Of a DNA stretch of 36,852 nt, positions 23,490-32,833 are shown in pieces. A program made the position numbers and the translations under genes. Positions within the stretch are counted from its first letter, which is position 1; each line of letters opens with the position of its first letter. The notes under the pieces were generated by a model. The model was given only the letters and a program-made list of their open reading frames with translations, was not told where the DNA came from and ran no database searches. The stretch is taken from IMG/VR virus record IMGVR_UViG_3300006793_000007, positions 1 through 36,852 of that record; one strand, 5' to 3'. The stretch is from a virus (lineage: Duplodnaviria; Caudoviricetes).

Positions 23490-25132
23490 ATCTAGTTTTC
23501 TGTGACATTGAAACTGATGGACTAGACGCCACTACTATCTGGTGTGCTGTCTGCCGTCACAACGGAGTATCGGAGGTAATCTGTAATGAGCAAGACTTCA
23601 AATCGTATGTATCGGATCGTGAGGGGTGTACGTTCGTATTCCACAACGGAACTGGTTTTGATGTGCCTGTGGTCGAGCGTATTTGGGATTTTACTTTTGA
23701 CCGGACTCTGGTCATTGACACTCTGATCCTGTCTCGTTTGGCAGAGCCTAGTAGGTCTGGTGGACACTCTCTGAGGAACTGGGGCAACACTCTAGGATTC
23801 CCGAAGGGCGATCACGATGATTGGTCACGGCTGACGCCAGAGATGATCGACTACTGCATCCGTGACGCTGAGTTGACCGAAGCAGTGTACAACCGCTTAC
23901 AGGTTGACCTCGACGGCTTCTCTCAGGATAGCATTGATCTGGAGCATCAGGTGCAGTGGATCATACAGGAGCAGGAGCGCAACGGGTGGTTGCTAGATCA
24001 GCGCTTGTGTCACATCTTGTGTGCCAAGTTTAAGGAGCGCATGAATGAAATTGAAAGTGATCTACAGGCGCTTTTCCCGCCGATTGTTGAGGAGCGATAC
24101 TCAGAAAAAACAGGTAAACGACTTAAGGATAAAGTCACTATATTCAATGTTGGGTCACGCCAACAGGTTGCGGAACGACTGTCAGCTAAGGGCGCTGTAT
24201 GGACGGAACTCACTCCGACAGGCAAACCGATGGTTGATGAAAAGACGCTTAAAGAGAATAACCATGTACCCGAAGCGGCACAAGTCTTGGAATACCTCTT
24301 ACTGCAAAAGCGCTACGCACAGGTAAACTCTTGGATAGAACACGTACAGGACGATGGCAGAGTACACGGTAGGGTCACAACGAACGGTGCAGTTACAGGA
24401 CGCATGACGCACCAGAACCCCAACATGGCACAGGTTCCGTCAGTCAACTCTGAGTTTGGCAAGGAGTGTCGTGACTGTTGGATTGTACCAGAAGGACGGA
24501 AGCTGGTCGGTGTCGATGCCAGCGGTCTAGAACTACGGATGCTCGCTCACTACATGGGCGACGAGGAGTTTACAAATGTCTTGCTTAGAGACGATATTCA
24601 CACCAGAAATCAAACTGCTGCAGGACTTGCAACAAGACCTCAGGCAAAGACTTTCATCTACGCTTTCCTCTACGGAGCAGGGGACGCCAAAATTGGAAGC
24701 ATCGTCGGAGGATCTGCGCGAGATGGCAATAAACTTAGGACACGCTTTCTACGAAATACACCTGCTCTTGAAACTCTACGAGAGCGAGTTGGACAGGCGT
24801 CTAGGAAGGGTTACCTCAGAGGAATTGATGGAAGAAAGCTCTGGGTCAGATCAGAACATAGTGCATTAAACACTCTACTGCAGGCGGCTGGTGCTATCAT
24901 TATGAAACGTGCGCTGATCCTGCTGAATGATTATGCTACACAGCACGGTATTGACTACAAGTTTGTGGGGAACGTACATGACGAAATACAATCGGAGGTG
25001 GCTACTGAACAAGCAGAGAAATTTGGCTGGCTCGCAGTCGAGTGCATCAAGGCGGCTGGCATTTCTTTTGAACTCAGATGCCCCCTCGACGGAGAGTACA
25101 AAGTCGGAGACACATGGACGGAGACACACTGA
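23486..25132 (+). CDS. polA: DNA polymerase family A (T7 gp5-like, with 3'-5' exonuclease)
   Basis: DIET, HN..FD, TGR, DASGLELR, AKTFIYAFLYG and VHDE motifs. Confidence 0.97.
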   Translation: MNLVFCDIETDGLDATTIWCAVCRHNGVSEVICNEQDFKSYVSDREGCTFVFHNGTGFDVPVVERIWDFTFDRTLVIDTLILSRLAEPSRSGGHSLRNWGNTLGFPKGDHDDWSRLTPEMIDYCIRDAELTEAVYNRLQVDLDGFSQDSIDLEHQVQWIIQEQERNGWLLDQRLCHILCAKFKERMNEIESDLQALFPPIVEERYSEKTGKRLKDKVTIFNVGSRQQVAERLSAKGAVWTELTPTGKPMVDEKTLKENNHVPEAAQVLEYLLLQKRYAQVNSWIEHVQDDGRVHGRVTTNGAVTGRMTHQNPNMAQVPSVNSEFGKECRDCWIVPEGRKLVGVDASGLELRMLAHYMGDEEFTNVLLRDDIHTRNQTAAGLATRPQAKTFIYAFLYGAGDAKIGSIVGGSARDGNKLRTRFLRNTPALETLRERVGQASRKGYLRGIDGRKLWVRSEHSALNTLLQAAGAIIMKRALILLNDYATQHGIDYKFVGNVHDEIQSEVATEQAEKFGWLAVECIKAAGISFELRCPLDGEYKVGDTWTETH

Positions 25133-25416
25133 TGCAAAAGATAACCGACAGTAACAGGATAGGGGACATTGCAGAATTTTATGCGGTAACTTGGCTTTGG
25201 GACAACGGCTACGAAGTGTTTGTCAACGCGGGTGCTACTGGCCCTGTAGACATGATCTGTGTAGATCCTGAGGGTGATGTGCGGTTTCTGGATATTAAAT
25301 CATACAGAGGAACAAATCTAAAGGGACGTACAGACACTCAAAAGAAACTCAATGTTAGGTACGTACACTTCAACCCAGACACACGTAAGTGTCGTTTTGT
25401 GGAGCATCAGGAATGA
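25132..25416 (+). CDS. Small PD-(D/E)xK nuclease, Hjc-like (start 25132)
   Basis: G..AE.......GYEVF......PVD...DIK; TGATG coupling. Confidence 0.7.
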   Translation: MQKITDSNRIGDIAEFYAVTWLWDNGYEVFVNAGATGPVDMICVDPEGDVRFLDIKSYRGTNLKGRTDTQKKLNVRYVHFNPDTRKCRFVEHQE

Positions 25417-26264
25417 ATATATACTCACTGGTAGATGACATTTACAAGGTGGTTGCCAACAAGGAACCAGCGGAAGATGTTGATTTATATGAAGAAATTG
25501 AACGCTTTGGTGAGAACTGCAAGCGCCTCATGGCTAACCTATTCACTGAGAAGCGGGACGGGCGCAAGCTGCGTATGTCTAACATCGGGCGAGATGACCG
25601 CTACTTGTGGAACGCGGTGAACAACCCTGACGTACAGGAGGATATGACTCCTAACACGTATGTCAAGTTTATGTACGGGCATCTGATCGAAGAGATGCTT
25701 CTTTTTTTAACCAGAGTCTCAGGACACGAGGTGACCGATGAACAAAAGAAGTGTGAGGTGGCAGGTATCACAGGCTCTATGGACTGTAAAATTGATGGTG
25801 TTGTCACTGATGTTAAAAGCACTTCCACTTTTGGGTTTAAAAAATTCAAGGATGGAAGTCTCGCTTTTGATGATCCGTTTGGATACGTTGCTCAAATTAA
25901 AGGGTATGCACATTCCGAAGGAGAAACAAAGTTTGGCTGGTTAGCTATGGACAAACAGAATGGGCATCTAACGTACTTGATGTACGACTCCGAGGACACG
26001 CAGGCCCCTGTCTACGAGAAGATTGGTTACGACATAGAGGAGCATATTGAACGTGTAAAAAAGCTAGTAGAGCAACCGGAAGCACCAGAGCATTGCCACG
26101 AAGTCGTACCAGATGGCAAAAGTGGAAATCAAAAGCTCGCGGTCGGTTGTTCGTATTGTCCTTACAAGCATACTTGCTGGCCCGGAGTGCGAACATTCCT
26201 GTACTCAAGTGGTCCCAGATATTTAACAGAGGTGGTCAATGAGCCGAAGGTCGCGGAAGTCTAA
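25413..26264 (+). CDS. Cas4-like PD-(D/E)xK exonuclease
   Basis: LRMSNIG, G...E, GSMD...DVKS, Y..Q...Y and CSYC..K..CW motifs. Confidence 0.82.
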   Translation: MNIYSLVDDIYKVVANKEPAEDVDLYEEIERFGENCKRLMANLFTEKRDGRKLRMSNIGRDDRYLWNAVNNPDVQEDMTPNTYVKFMYGHLIEEMLLFLTRVSGHEVTDEQKKCEVAGITGSMDCKIDGVVTDVKSTSTFGFKKFKDGSLAFDDPFGYVAQIKGYAHSEGETKFGWLAMDKQNGHLTYLMYDSEDTQAPVYEKIGYDIEEHIERVKKLVEQPEAPEHCHEVVPDGKSGNQKLAVGCSYCPYKHTCWPGVRTFLYSSGPRYLTEVVNEPKVAEV

Positions 26265-26649
26265 ACTAGGTAACTTTAGATCGGAGTTTGAGAGAGATGT
26301 CGCAACGCAATTACAACCATTTGGTTTTGACTATGAGCCGTTCCAAGTCCCGTACAGAATCGAACGCAAATACACCCCAGACTTTGTGTACGAACTCAAC
26401 GGACGAACGTATCTCATTGAGTGCAAAGGATACTTCAGAGCAGGAGACACCCAGAAGTATCGCTCAATCGCTAACTGCCTTGGAAGCGATCAAGAACTTA
26501 TCTTCATACTTATGAAGCCTAACCAGAAAGTGAGCAAAAGTACCAAAAATACTATGGCTCAATGGTGTGACAAACACGATATATTATGGTATAATATAGA
26601 TACTCTTAAGGAGTTAGTTGATTATGTCTCTGACACTAGACGAAATTAA
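26239..26649 (+). CDS. Endonuclease I / Holliday-junction resolvase (T7 gp3-like)
   Basis: FRS.FE, YTPDF and IECKG motifs. Confidence 0.88.
   Translation: MSRRSRKSKLGNFRSEFERDVATQLQPFGFDYEPFQVPYRIERKYTPDFVYELNGRTYLIECKGYFRAGDTQKYRSIANCLGSDQELIFILMKPNQKVSKSTKNTMAQWCDKHDILWYNIDTLKELVDYVSDTRRN
26567..26595 (+). promoter_or_regulatory. Internal sigma70 promoter for the nucleotide-metabolism genes
   Basis: GTGACA-17-TATAAT with TGn extension. Confidence 0.6.
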
Positions 26650-26800
26650 GGAGCGTCTGTTGCAAACCTATGACCCTGACGATCTACTGGAAGCACTACA
26701 GATTTCATCTGAAGAAATACTAGACAGATTTGAAGATAAGTTGTTACGCAAACTAGACGAGTTTCAAGAGGATTTAGAGGAAGAAACCTATGAGCATTGA
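26624..26800 (+). CDS. Small acidic hypothetical protein
   Basis: AAGGAG RBS; LLE.L.ISSEEILDRFEDK. Confidence 0.7.
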   Translation: MSLTLDEIKERLLQTYDPDDLLEALQISSEEILDRFEDKLLRKLDEFQEDLEEETYEH

Positions 26801-27086
26801 TAACGCTACTCCTAAAGAGTGGGACAAGGTTAGCAAGACAGCCGTGGGTAAACTGTACCACCCTCAGGATAATCACGACCCTGTAGGCGCGCCTGACCAC
26901 TACAACAAAGGCGCTATCGAAGCCATCGAAGCTATCAAGGCGTCCATGCACCCGCAGGAGTACAAGGGGTATCTCAAGGGGAACTGTCTGAAATACCTTT
27001 GGAGATACGAGTACAAGAACGGGGTAGAGGATCTACGGAAGGCCCGTGTCTATCTAGAGTGGCTCATCAAGGAGGTTGCCTTATGA
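26790..27086 (+). CDS. DUF3310 protein (T7 gp1.7-like nucleotide kinase family)
   Basis: D.V..P.HY..G.IE.I...GN..KYLWR...KNG.EDL.KA..YL. Confidence 0.85.
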   Translation: MSIDNATPKEWDKVSKTAVGKLYHPQDNHDPVGAPDHYNKGAIEAIEAIKASMHPQEYKGYLKGNCLKYLWRYEYKNGVEDLRKARVYLEWLIKEVAL

Positions 27087-27343
27087 AAGTCATAGATGGA
27101 GGCTTTGGTAAAAAGAAAGAAGACAAAGGCAGTATACCCACAAAAGATTTTTTAGCTACGTTTGCGCTGAAGGCTAAGGAATACGAAGACGAAGGCAGGG
27201 ACGTAAAGGCAATTGTCTTGATGTACGAGGACGCTGGTGTATTTGAAGTAGCCTCTAACGAACAGTACCCTGACGGTGTGTTTATGCTACTGCATATGTC
27301 AGCACACGCAATACTTAACGAAACGCTAGGAGTAACGATATGA
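27083..27343 (+). CDS. Hypothetical protein (start 27083)
   Basis: AAGGAGG RBS; ATGA overlap; begins MKVIDGGFG. Confidence 0.72.
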   Translation: MKVIDGGFGKKKEDKGSIPTKDFLATFALKAKEYEDEGRDVKAIVLMYEDAGVFEVASNEQYPDGVFMLLHMSAHAILNETLGVTI

Positions 27344-27480
27344 AAATAGACAACGTAACAATCCGAAAGGGTGACAACGGATACATCCTTGAGTGGTACG
27401 GCGAGGACAGCCACGTAACTATTCACCCTACTTTTGATGACGCAATGGCTAACCTTCAGCAAATCTTCAAGGAGTCTTAA
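27340..27480 (+). CDS. 46-aa hypothetical protein (not in ORF track)
   Basis: MKIDNVTIRKGDNGYILEW...; AGGAG RBS; coupled at both ends. Confidence 0.7.
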   Translation: MKIDNVTIRKGDNGYILEWYGEDSHVTIHPTFDDAMANLQQIFKES

Positions 27481-29351
27481 TGGACGCTTACCAACAGTAC
27501 ATTCACAAGAGTCGTTACGCACGTTACCTACCAGAAGAGAAGCGGCGTGAGACTTGGGAAGAGACAGTTAACAGGTATATCAACTTCTGGTCTGACAGAG
27601 GCTCACTGAACGACTTTGATGTGTCTGAAATATACGACGCAATACACAAGCTAGATGTGATGCCCAGCATGAGGGCACTGATGACCGCAGGAGAGGCGCT
27701 TGATCGTGACAACGTAGCAGGGTTTAACTGTAGCTACCTACCCATAGATCACCCTAAGGCCTTTGACGAACTCATGTACGTCCTTCTGTGTGGCACAGGG
27801 GTAGGCTTCAGTGTAGAGCGGCAGTACATCACAAAACTACCAGATGTAGCGGAGACATTCCATGCAACCGACACAGTTATTAATGTTGCAGATTCGAAGA
27901 TCGGATGGGCGAAATCGTTTAGGGAATTGGTATCACTGCTGTACTCAGGTCAAATTCCCGAATGGGACGTTAGCAGAGTTAGACCTGCAGGTGCCGCGCT
28001 CAAGACTTTCGGAGGCCGTGCAAGTGGTCCTGAACCTCTCGTCGATCTTTTCAAGTTCACAATTGAACTCTTTCAGGGATCAGCTGGACGAAAACTTACG
28101 TCCATTGAGTGCCACGATCTTTGCTGCAAGATTGCTCAAATCGTTGTCGTTGGAGGAGTCCGAAGGTCAGCCCTCATCAGCCTCAGTAACCTCACAGATG
28201 ACAGACTGCGACGATGTAAGCACGGTCAGTGGTGGGTAGATGAACCCCAGCGTGGTCTGGCGAATAACTCAGCGTGTTACACAGAGAAGCCTGACTTTGA
28301 GGCTTTCCTAAACGAGTGGACTAGTCTATATGAATCAAGATCTGGCGAGCGAGGTGTCTTTAGCAGAGTGGCAAGCCAAAAGCAAGCTGCAAAAAATGAG
28401 CGACGAGATGCTACTTACGATTTTGGAACTAATCCATGCAGCGAGATCATCCTCAGACCCTATCAATTCTGCAATCTTTCAGAAGTTGTTGTCAGGCCGT
28501 CCGATACACTTGCAAGCCTCAAACGAAAAGTACGAGTTGCTACTATCCTTGGGACTCTACAGGCAACACTCACAGACTTCCGATACCTGAGAAACATCTG
28601 GAAGACGAACACGGAAGAGGAAGCACTGTTAGGCGTATCCCTGACGGGTATCATGGATCATCCTCTGCTGTCTGGGCGTGAGGACAAGGCAAAGCTGAAG
28701 AAGTGGCTTACGGAGATGCGTAATGAAGCTATCGTTACCAACGAGCAGTGGGCTAAGAAACTGGGCATTAACCCTTCTGTCGCTATTACTGCGGTCAAGC
28801 CTAGCGGTACTGTTAGTCAGTTGGTCGATTCTGCTAGTGGGATTCACCCTCGCTACAGCAGTCAATATATTCGCAGAGTCCGGGCAGACGCTCGTGACCC
28901 ACTTTGTAGCGTCCTAGAGGCCGCTGGTGTGCCTGTGGAGGACGATCTAATGTCCCCTAGTACACGGGTATTCAGCTTCCCTATAGCGGCTCCTGAGGGC
29001 GCTGTGACAGCCTCAGACATGGGTGCTATGGAGCAGCTGGATCTCTGGGAGATATATCAGGACTACTGGTGTGAGCATAAGCCATCAATGACTTGCTACT
29101 ACCGTGATGAGGAGTTTCTGGAGGTGGGGCAGTGGCTGTACAACAAGTTTGACAAGGTAAGTGGAATTTCTTTCCTACCTTACTCAGACCATACGTACCA
29201 ACAGGCTCCTTATGAACCTGTGGACAAGGCCACCCTCAAGGATCTTAAGAAGGGTTTCCCAACAGAAATATCGTGGGATATTGAAGAGGCCAGCGATATG
29301 ACTGAAGGATCACAACAACTGGCCTGCACAGGGAACAACTGTGAACTATGA
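27480..29351 (+). CDS. nrdJ: Class II adenosylcobalamin-dependent ribonucleotide reductase (monomeric RTPR type)
   Basis: PSMR, FNC, GTGVGFSV, GGVRRSA, TNPCSEI and VKPSGT motifs; C-terminal Cys pair; no beta-subunit gene. Confidence 0.92.
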   Translation: MDAYQQYIHKSRYARYLPEEKRRETWEETVNRYINFWSDRGSLNDFDVSEIYDAIHKLDVMPSMRALMTAGEALDRDNVAGFNCSYLPIDHPKAFDELMYVLLCGTGVGFSVERQYITKLPDVAETFHATDTVINVADSKIGWAKSFRELVSLLYSGQIPEWDVSRVRPAGAALKTFGGRASGPEPLVDLFKFTIELFQGSAGRKLTSIECHDLCCKIAQIVVVGGVRRSALISLSNLTDDRLRRCKHGQWWVDEPQRGLANNSACYTEKPDFEAFLNEWTSLYESRSGERGVFSRVASQKQAAKNERRDATYDFGTNPCSEIILRPYQFCNLSEVVVRPSDTLASLKRKVRVATILGTLQATLTDFRYLRNIWKTNTEEEALLGVSLTGIMDHPLLSGREDKAKLKKWLTEMRNEAIVTNEQWAKKLGINPSVAITAVKPSGTVSQLVDSASGIHPRYSSQYIRRVRADARDPLCSVLEAAGVPVEDDLMSPSTRVFSFPIAAPEGAVTASDMGAMEQLDLWEIYQDYWCEHKPSMTCYYRDEEFLEVGQWLYNKFDKVSGISFLPYSDHTYQQAPYEPVDKATLKDLKKGFPTEISWDIEEASDMTEGSQQLACTGNNCEL

Positions 29352-29528
29352 CATAAAGATCATAGTGTAACCTTCAGACTTGCCTACGTCCTCTGGCTTC
29401 TCTTTCGGGTCATGGGACGTAGGTATTCCTTCAGCCTGCATTTTCTTAATACGAGCCTTTGACTTCTGGCACATACTGTGGTAGTCGATAGATGTGTACT
29501 CTACTGTGTGCTTATCGTCTTTCTTCAC
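29346..29528 (-). CDS. Last late-arm gene, hypothetical (60 aa)
   Basis: GGAGG RBS before GTG; overlaps the upstream gene and the RNR stop. Confidence 0.55.
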   Translation of the reverse strand: MKKDDKHTVEYTSIDYHSMCQKSKARIKKMQAEGIPTSHDPKEKPEDVGKSEGYTMIFMS

Positions 29529-31110
29529 GGTTTCCTCCGGTTAGCATACCTGTTCCGATTATTCCAGCGCCTCTGTTTACTCTACGCTCTGCGGCAAGCA
29601 AATCTTTAGATGGCTCTGCTGTAGCTATATTAAACAAGCTCTCTTTAACATCAACTTTGTCTTTAGGCTGTTCGGATTTAACTTTCTTTCCTGTGCCTTT
29701 AAGATTAAAGTGCATAGGGGGAGTCACAGAAATAGACCTGTTAGGTAAAGCCCCTGTGATAGCGTCACCGACTACTGGCATCTTTTCTAAAAAGTTATGT
29801 TCGTCGGATATTACTGCCATGACTTTACCGTTAGGCATAACTTTGGCAAAGTAATTTACGCCACCTTCTGTAACAGCGTTACCTACAAAAGATCCCGTGA
29901 CCCAAAAGCCGTTTTCCTGTGCTTTTTCCAACGTATTGCTTTTTTGTGACAAGACCCACTTAGGTGTTTGACCTCGTTTAATGTTTTTGTTAAACTCTCT
30001 GTTTTTTTCTGATCTAGAGCTAAGCCTGTCCCACAACTGTTTTTCAGTCAGGTTTCCCTCTTTAAACAACGGTTTAATTGACGCAACGACTCCGCTCTTT
30101 CTAGAAAAGTCAAAGTGGTGCTGTCCGGTTACTTGATCGCCAGCGCCGGGGTTTTTAATTCTTATTGTAGCTCCGGGTGAATCCTTAACAGAAACACCAC
30201 GGGCGTCTTTCCAAACTGTATTTATGTGATCGTCAATAAGCTCTAAGTCTTTGTCAGACACAGACACGGATCTCCCAGACTCGTATCTGCCTTGCAGTTT
30301 GTTCTCCCGTACCAGAGAAGAATAAGAACCCTCCGTCACAGGAACAGGGTCGGTTAAATAGCTACGTCTCTCAATGTTTCTAGTATCAGGAGACACGCGC
30401 CCAACCCTACCCGCTTGGTCTGGTATCAGAGTCCCTGAGGCTTGTGACTGAGCCACAGCTTTTGCTATGTCTCTGCTGCTGCCGCTTTCTAAAGCCTGAG
30501 TTGCTACGTCTTGTGTGGTTCGATTGATTCCCTGCCCTCTGTACAACGCACGAGCGCTGGGATCTATAGTTTGCTCTATGCCCCTTCTAACGGCGTCTCC
30601 TGCCCAAGCCGCGCCAGATGTCGCCCTTTCTCGCAAATTAGCTGCGTCCTGAGGAGTATCAATACGGCCTACACGCTCTGCTAATAATTCGTCTACCACA
30701 TTAGGTCTTGCAGCACCAGACGGCCCATAAAAGTTATCAATGTAGTTTGGAGCGGAAGACAAAAGATTGCCACGTAAGCTGTCGGCTCCTGCTATCTTTC
30801 TAGCGGTATTCAGGCCGCTTTTCATTACCCCTGCACCCACAAGATTAAGAGGGTCAGCAACAACATCAAGAACGGCCTCAACAGCGTCTTGATCGTAAGT
30901 CGCTACACGCTCACCAGATTTGCCTACAGGACCCTGATAAGAAAACTCAGGCACACCAAAAGTATTAGGATCGCCTGATATAGCTTCCTTAAGCCTACGC
31001 TGCGGGTAGTCCAGAGCAGTCATAGCCGCGTCTGAACCACCCTTGGCCCTGTTGTAGCGAGCCTGAGCATAATTACTCTGGTTTCTAGCTAGCCTGTCTA
31101 ACCACTTCAT
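29512..31110 (-). CDS. Putative internal virion/ejected protein with globular C-terminal domain
   Basis: 532 aa; ADPLNLVG motif common in ejection proteins; position in the ejection cluster. Confidence 0.55.
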   Translation of the reverse strand: MKWLDRLARNQSNYAQARYNRAKGGSDAAMTALDYPQRRLKEAISGDPNTFGVPEFSYQGPVGKSGERVATYDQDAVEAVLDVVADPLNLVGAGVMKSGLNTARKIAGADSLRGNLLSSAPNYIDNFYGPSGAARPNVVDELLAERVGRIDTPQDAANLRERATSGAAWAGDAVRRGIEQTIDPSARALYRGQGINRTTQDVATQALESGSSRDIAKAVAQSQASGTLIPDQAGRVGRVSPDTRNIERRSYLTDPVPVTEGSYSSLVRENKLQGRYESGRSVSVSDKDLELIDDHINTVWKDARGVSVKDSPGATIRIKNPGAGDQVTGQHHFDFSRKSGVVASIKPLFKEGNLTEKQLWDRLSSRSEKNREFNKNIKRGQTPKWVLSQKSNTLEKAQENGFWVTGSFVGNAVTEGGVNYFAKVMPNGKVMAVISDEHNFLEKMPVVGDAITGALPNRSISVTPPMHFNLKGTGKKVKSEQPKDKVDVKESLFNIATAEPSKDLLAAERRVNRGAGIIGTGMLTGGNREERR

Positions 31111-32831
31111 TCAGTTTCTTCCTGCTCTAGCTCAGACTCAATTTGCTTGAACACAGCATTAAGATACGTGTAAATCTCTTTGCTGTCCCGCTCTAGAATA
31201 CTACGTTCCACCGGATCTTGTGTGGCCTGAATTGCTTTCTTAATTTCTCCAAACATATCACGCTTGAGGTAAGCAATCTTAGCTCTTACTTTTGCTGGTC
31301 CGGGTCGCCTTAGCTGGTTTTTAATAAAAGCGTAAGGCCCTACTATTGCTGTGCCGCCCAAGACATAGATGGCGTTACTTGCGACACCTAGTGCTGTGCT
31401 ACCAGCGTACTTTTGAAGACCTAATGAATTAATGAAACGACCAAAACGTGTCTTAGCTTCCGTAGCCGCCTTAGCGTTCAATGCGCCAAGAGAGGGTATG
31501 ATCTTAGACATTTTAGAAAAGATAGTTTCTGCCTCAGGTACTACATCAAACACAGTTTGGTTGACGCCTTTGCGTACAGCCATAGCAGCTAAATTCTGTA
31601 TGTTTAAGCTATCTCCAGATAAGTCGTAACCCATGCGTTGGGCACGGTCATCAAACATACTTCTAGCTACTCTCAGGCCTTGCAAAGACCTTCCCTGCTC
31701 ATTTAAAATAGCAAGAAACTCTTTGTATAGCGCCGCCACCTGTTTTTGAGCCTCTTTGCTAGACATAAGTTTAGGGTTAGAAGCAACCATGTCATCAAAC
31801 ATGGCTTTCACGTTTACTCTTAGGTTGTTATCAAAGTCAACCATGTCTACGTTTTTTTCGTTCTTCGCCAGCATCTTCATCAGGCTGGCTTCTAAATCAT
31901 CGTAGTACTTCTGAAATGCGTTGTGGTTTGCCTGTAGAGTTTTATTGCCAGATACTCCTGCAGATTTAGCTATGTCGATAATCTCAACCTGCTCTGGAGT
32001 AGCAATCTGCTCTTGAACACCCGTGATTCCTTTAGGATCTTCTGTCAGCCTTACCTGTTCAGGAGTTTTTTTGTCACCTACAAACAGGATATTGTAAACG
32101 TCATCGTCACCGCCCTTCAGAGGTAGTGCTTCGTTACGCATACCGACACGCTCTAGCTTCTTAGGCACTACTTTTTGCTTAATAAGAGGCCCTGTTCCTG
32201 TAGTAAAACCTAGGTCCATGATAGCTACAAGGTTAGCCGCCTCGTTAGGGTAGTTCTGCTGAAACTCCTCCCACGCTTCCATGCCCTGTCCCGCAGCGTT
32301 CCAAGCCATCTGACCAGCCTTTGTCTGCATCAGCGCCTGAAACTTCTCTGCGGCCCCTTCCTTGAGTCCCTCAGGGAGCATACCTACGCCCTTCTCTGCA
32401 CCAAACATAACCATTTCAGAGGCAGAGTCAAAAACCATCCTAATCGGCGTAGTGATCGTCTGAACGAGAACAGAGGGTAGGTTAGTAGACTGCCTGTACT
32501 GCTCCTTAAGAACCTCAGGATCGTTCATAGCGGCTGTAATCCCAGCCATAGTTCCTGCCTGTTGGCTCTGAGCCATACGCTGAAATGTCTGCGCCTGTCG
32601 CTCAATAGCTCTCTGGTAAGGCTCAGAAAAAAAGCGGTTCCACAGAGAAGATTCCTCTGTCTCTACATCAGAGTTATCTAAGTCTACTGCGTCAATCTCA
32701 AATGCCCTTTGAAACGCTGATTCGTCATCAATCACCATTTCTTTCTTCTGTTCTTCAGACACCAGAGGTTCGCCTTCAGCGGGTACGCCAAAGGCTCTAT
32801 CAAACGCTTCCATATCTTCTGCAAGAGACAT
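31107..32831 (-). CDS. Internal virion / DNA-ejection protein
   Basis: 574 aa, helical, with a hydrophobic segment near the C-terminus; synteny. Confidence 0.6.
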   Translation of the reverse strand: MSLAEDMEAFDRAFGVPAEGEPLVSEEQKKEMVIDDESAFQRAFEIDAVDLDNSDVETEESSLWNRFFSEPYQRAIERQAQTFQRMAQSQQAGTMAGITAAMNDPEVLKEQYRQSTNLPSVLVQTITTPIRMVFDSASEMVMFGAEKGVGMLPEGLKEGAAEKFQALMQTKAGQMAWNAAGQGMEAWEEFQQNYPNEAANLVAIMDLGFTTGTGPLIKQKVVPKKLERVGMRNEALPLKGGDDDVYNILFVGDKKTPEQVRLTEDPKGITGVQEQIATPEQVEIIDIAKSAGVSGNKTLQANHNAFQKYYDDLEASLMKMLAKNEKNVDMVDFDNNLRVNVKAMFDDMVASNPKLMSSKEAQKQVAALYKEFLAILNEQGRSLQGLRVARSMFDDRAQRMGYDLSGDSLNIQNLAAMAVRKGVNQTVFDVVPEAETIFSKMSKIIPSLGALNAKAATEAKTRFGRFINSLGLQKYAGSTALGVASNAIYVLGGTAIVGPYAFIKNQLRRPGPAKVRAKIAYLKRDMFGEIKKAIQATQDPVERSILERDSKEIYTYLNAVFKQIESELEQEETE

Positions 32832-32833
32832 TC

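Noticed and set aside
25413-26264. Cas4-like gene as a CRISPR-Cas component
   Set aside because: Solo phage exonuclease in the replication module; no array or other cas genes
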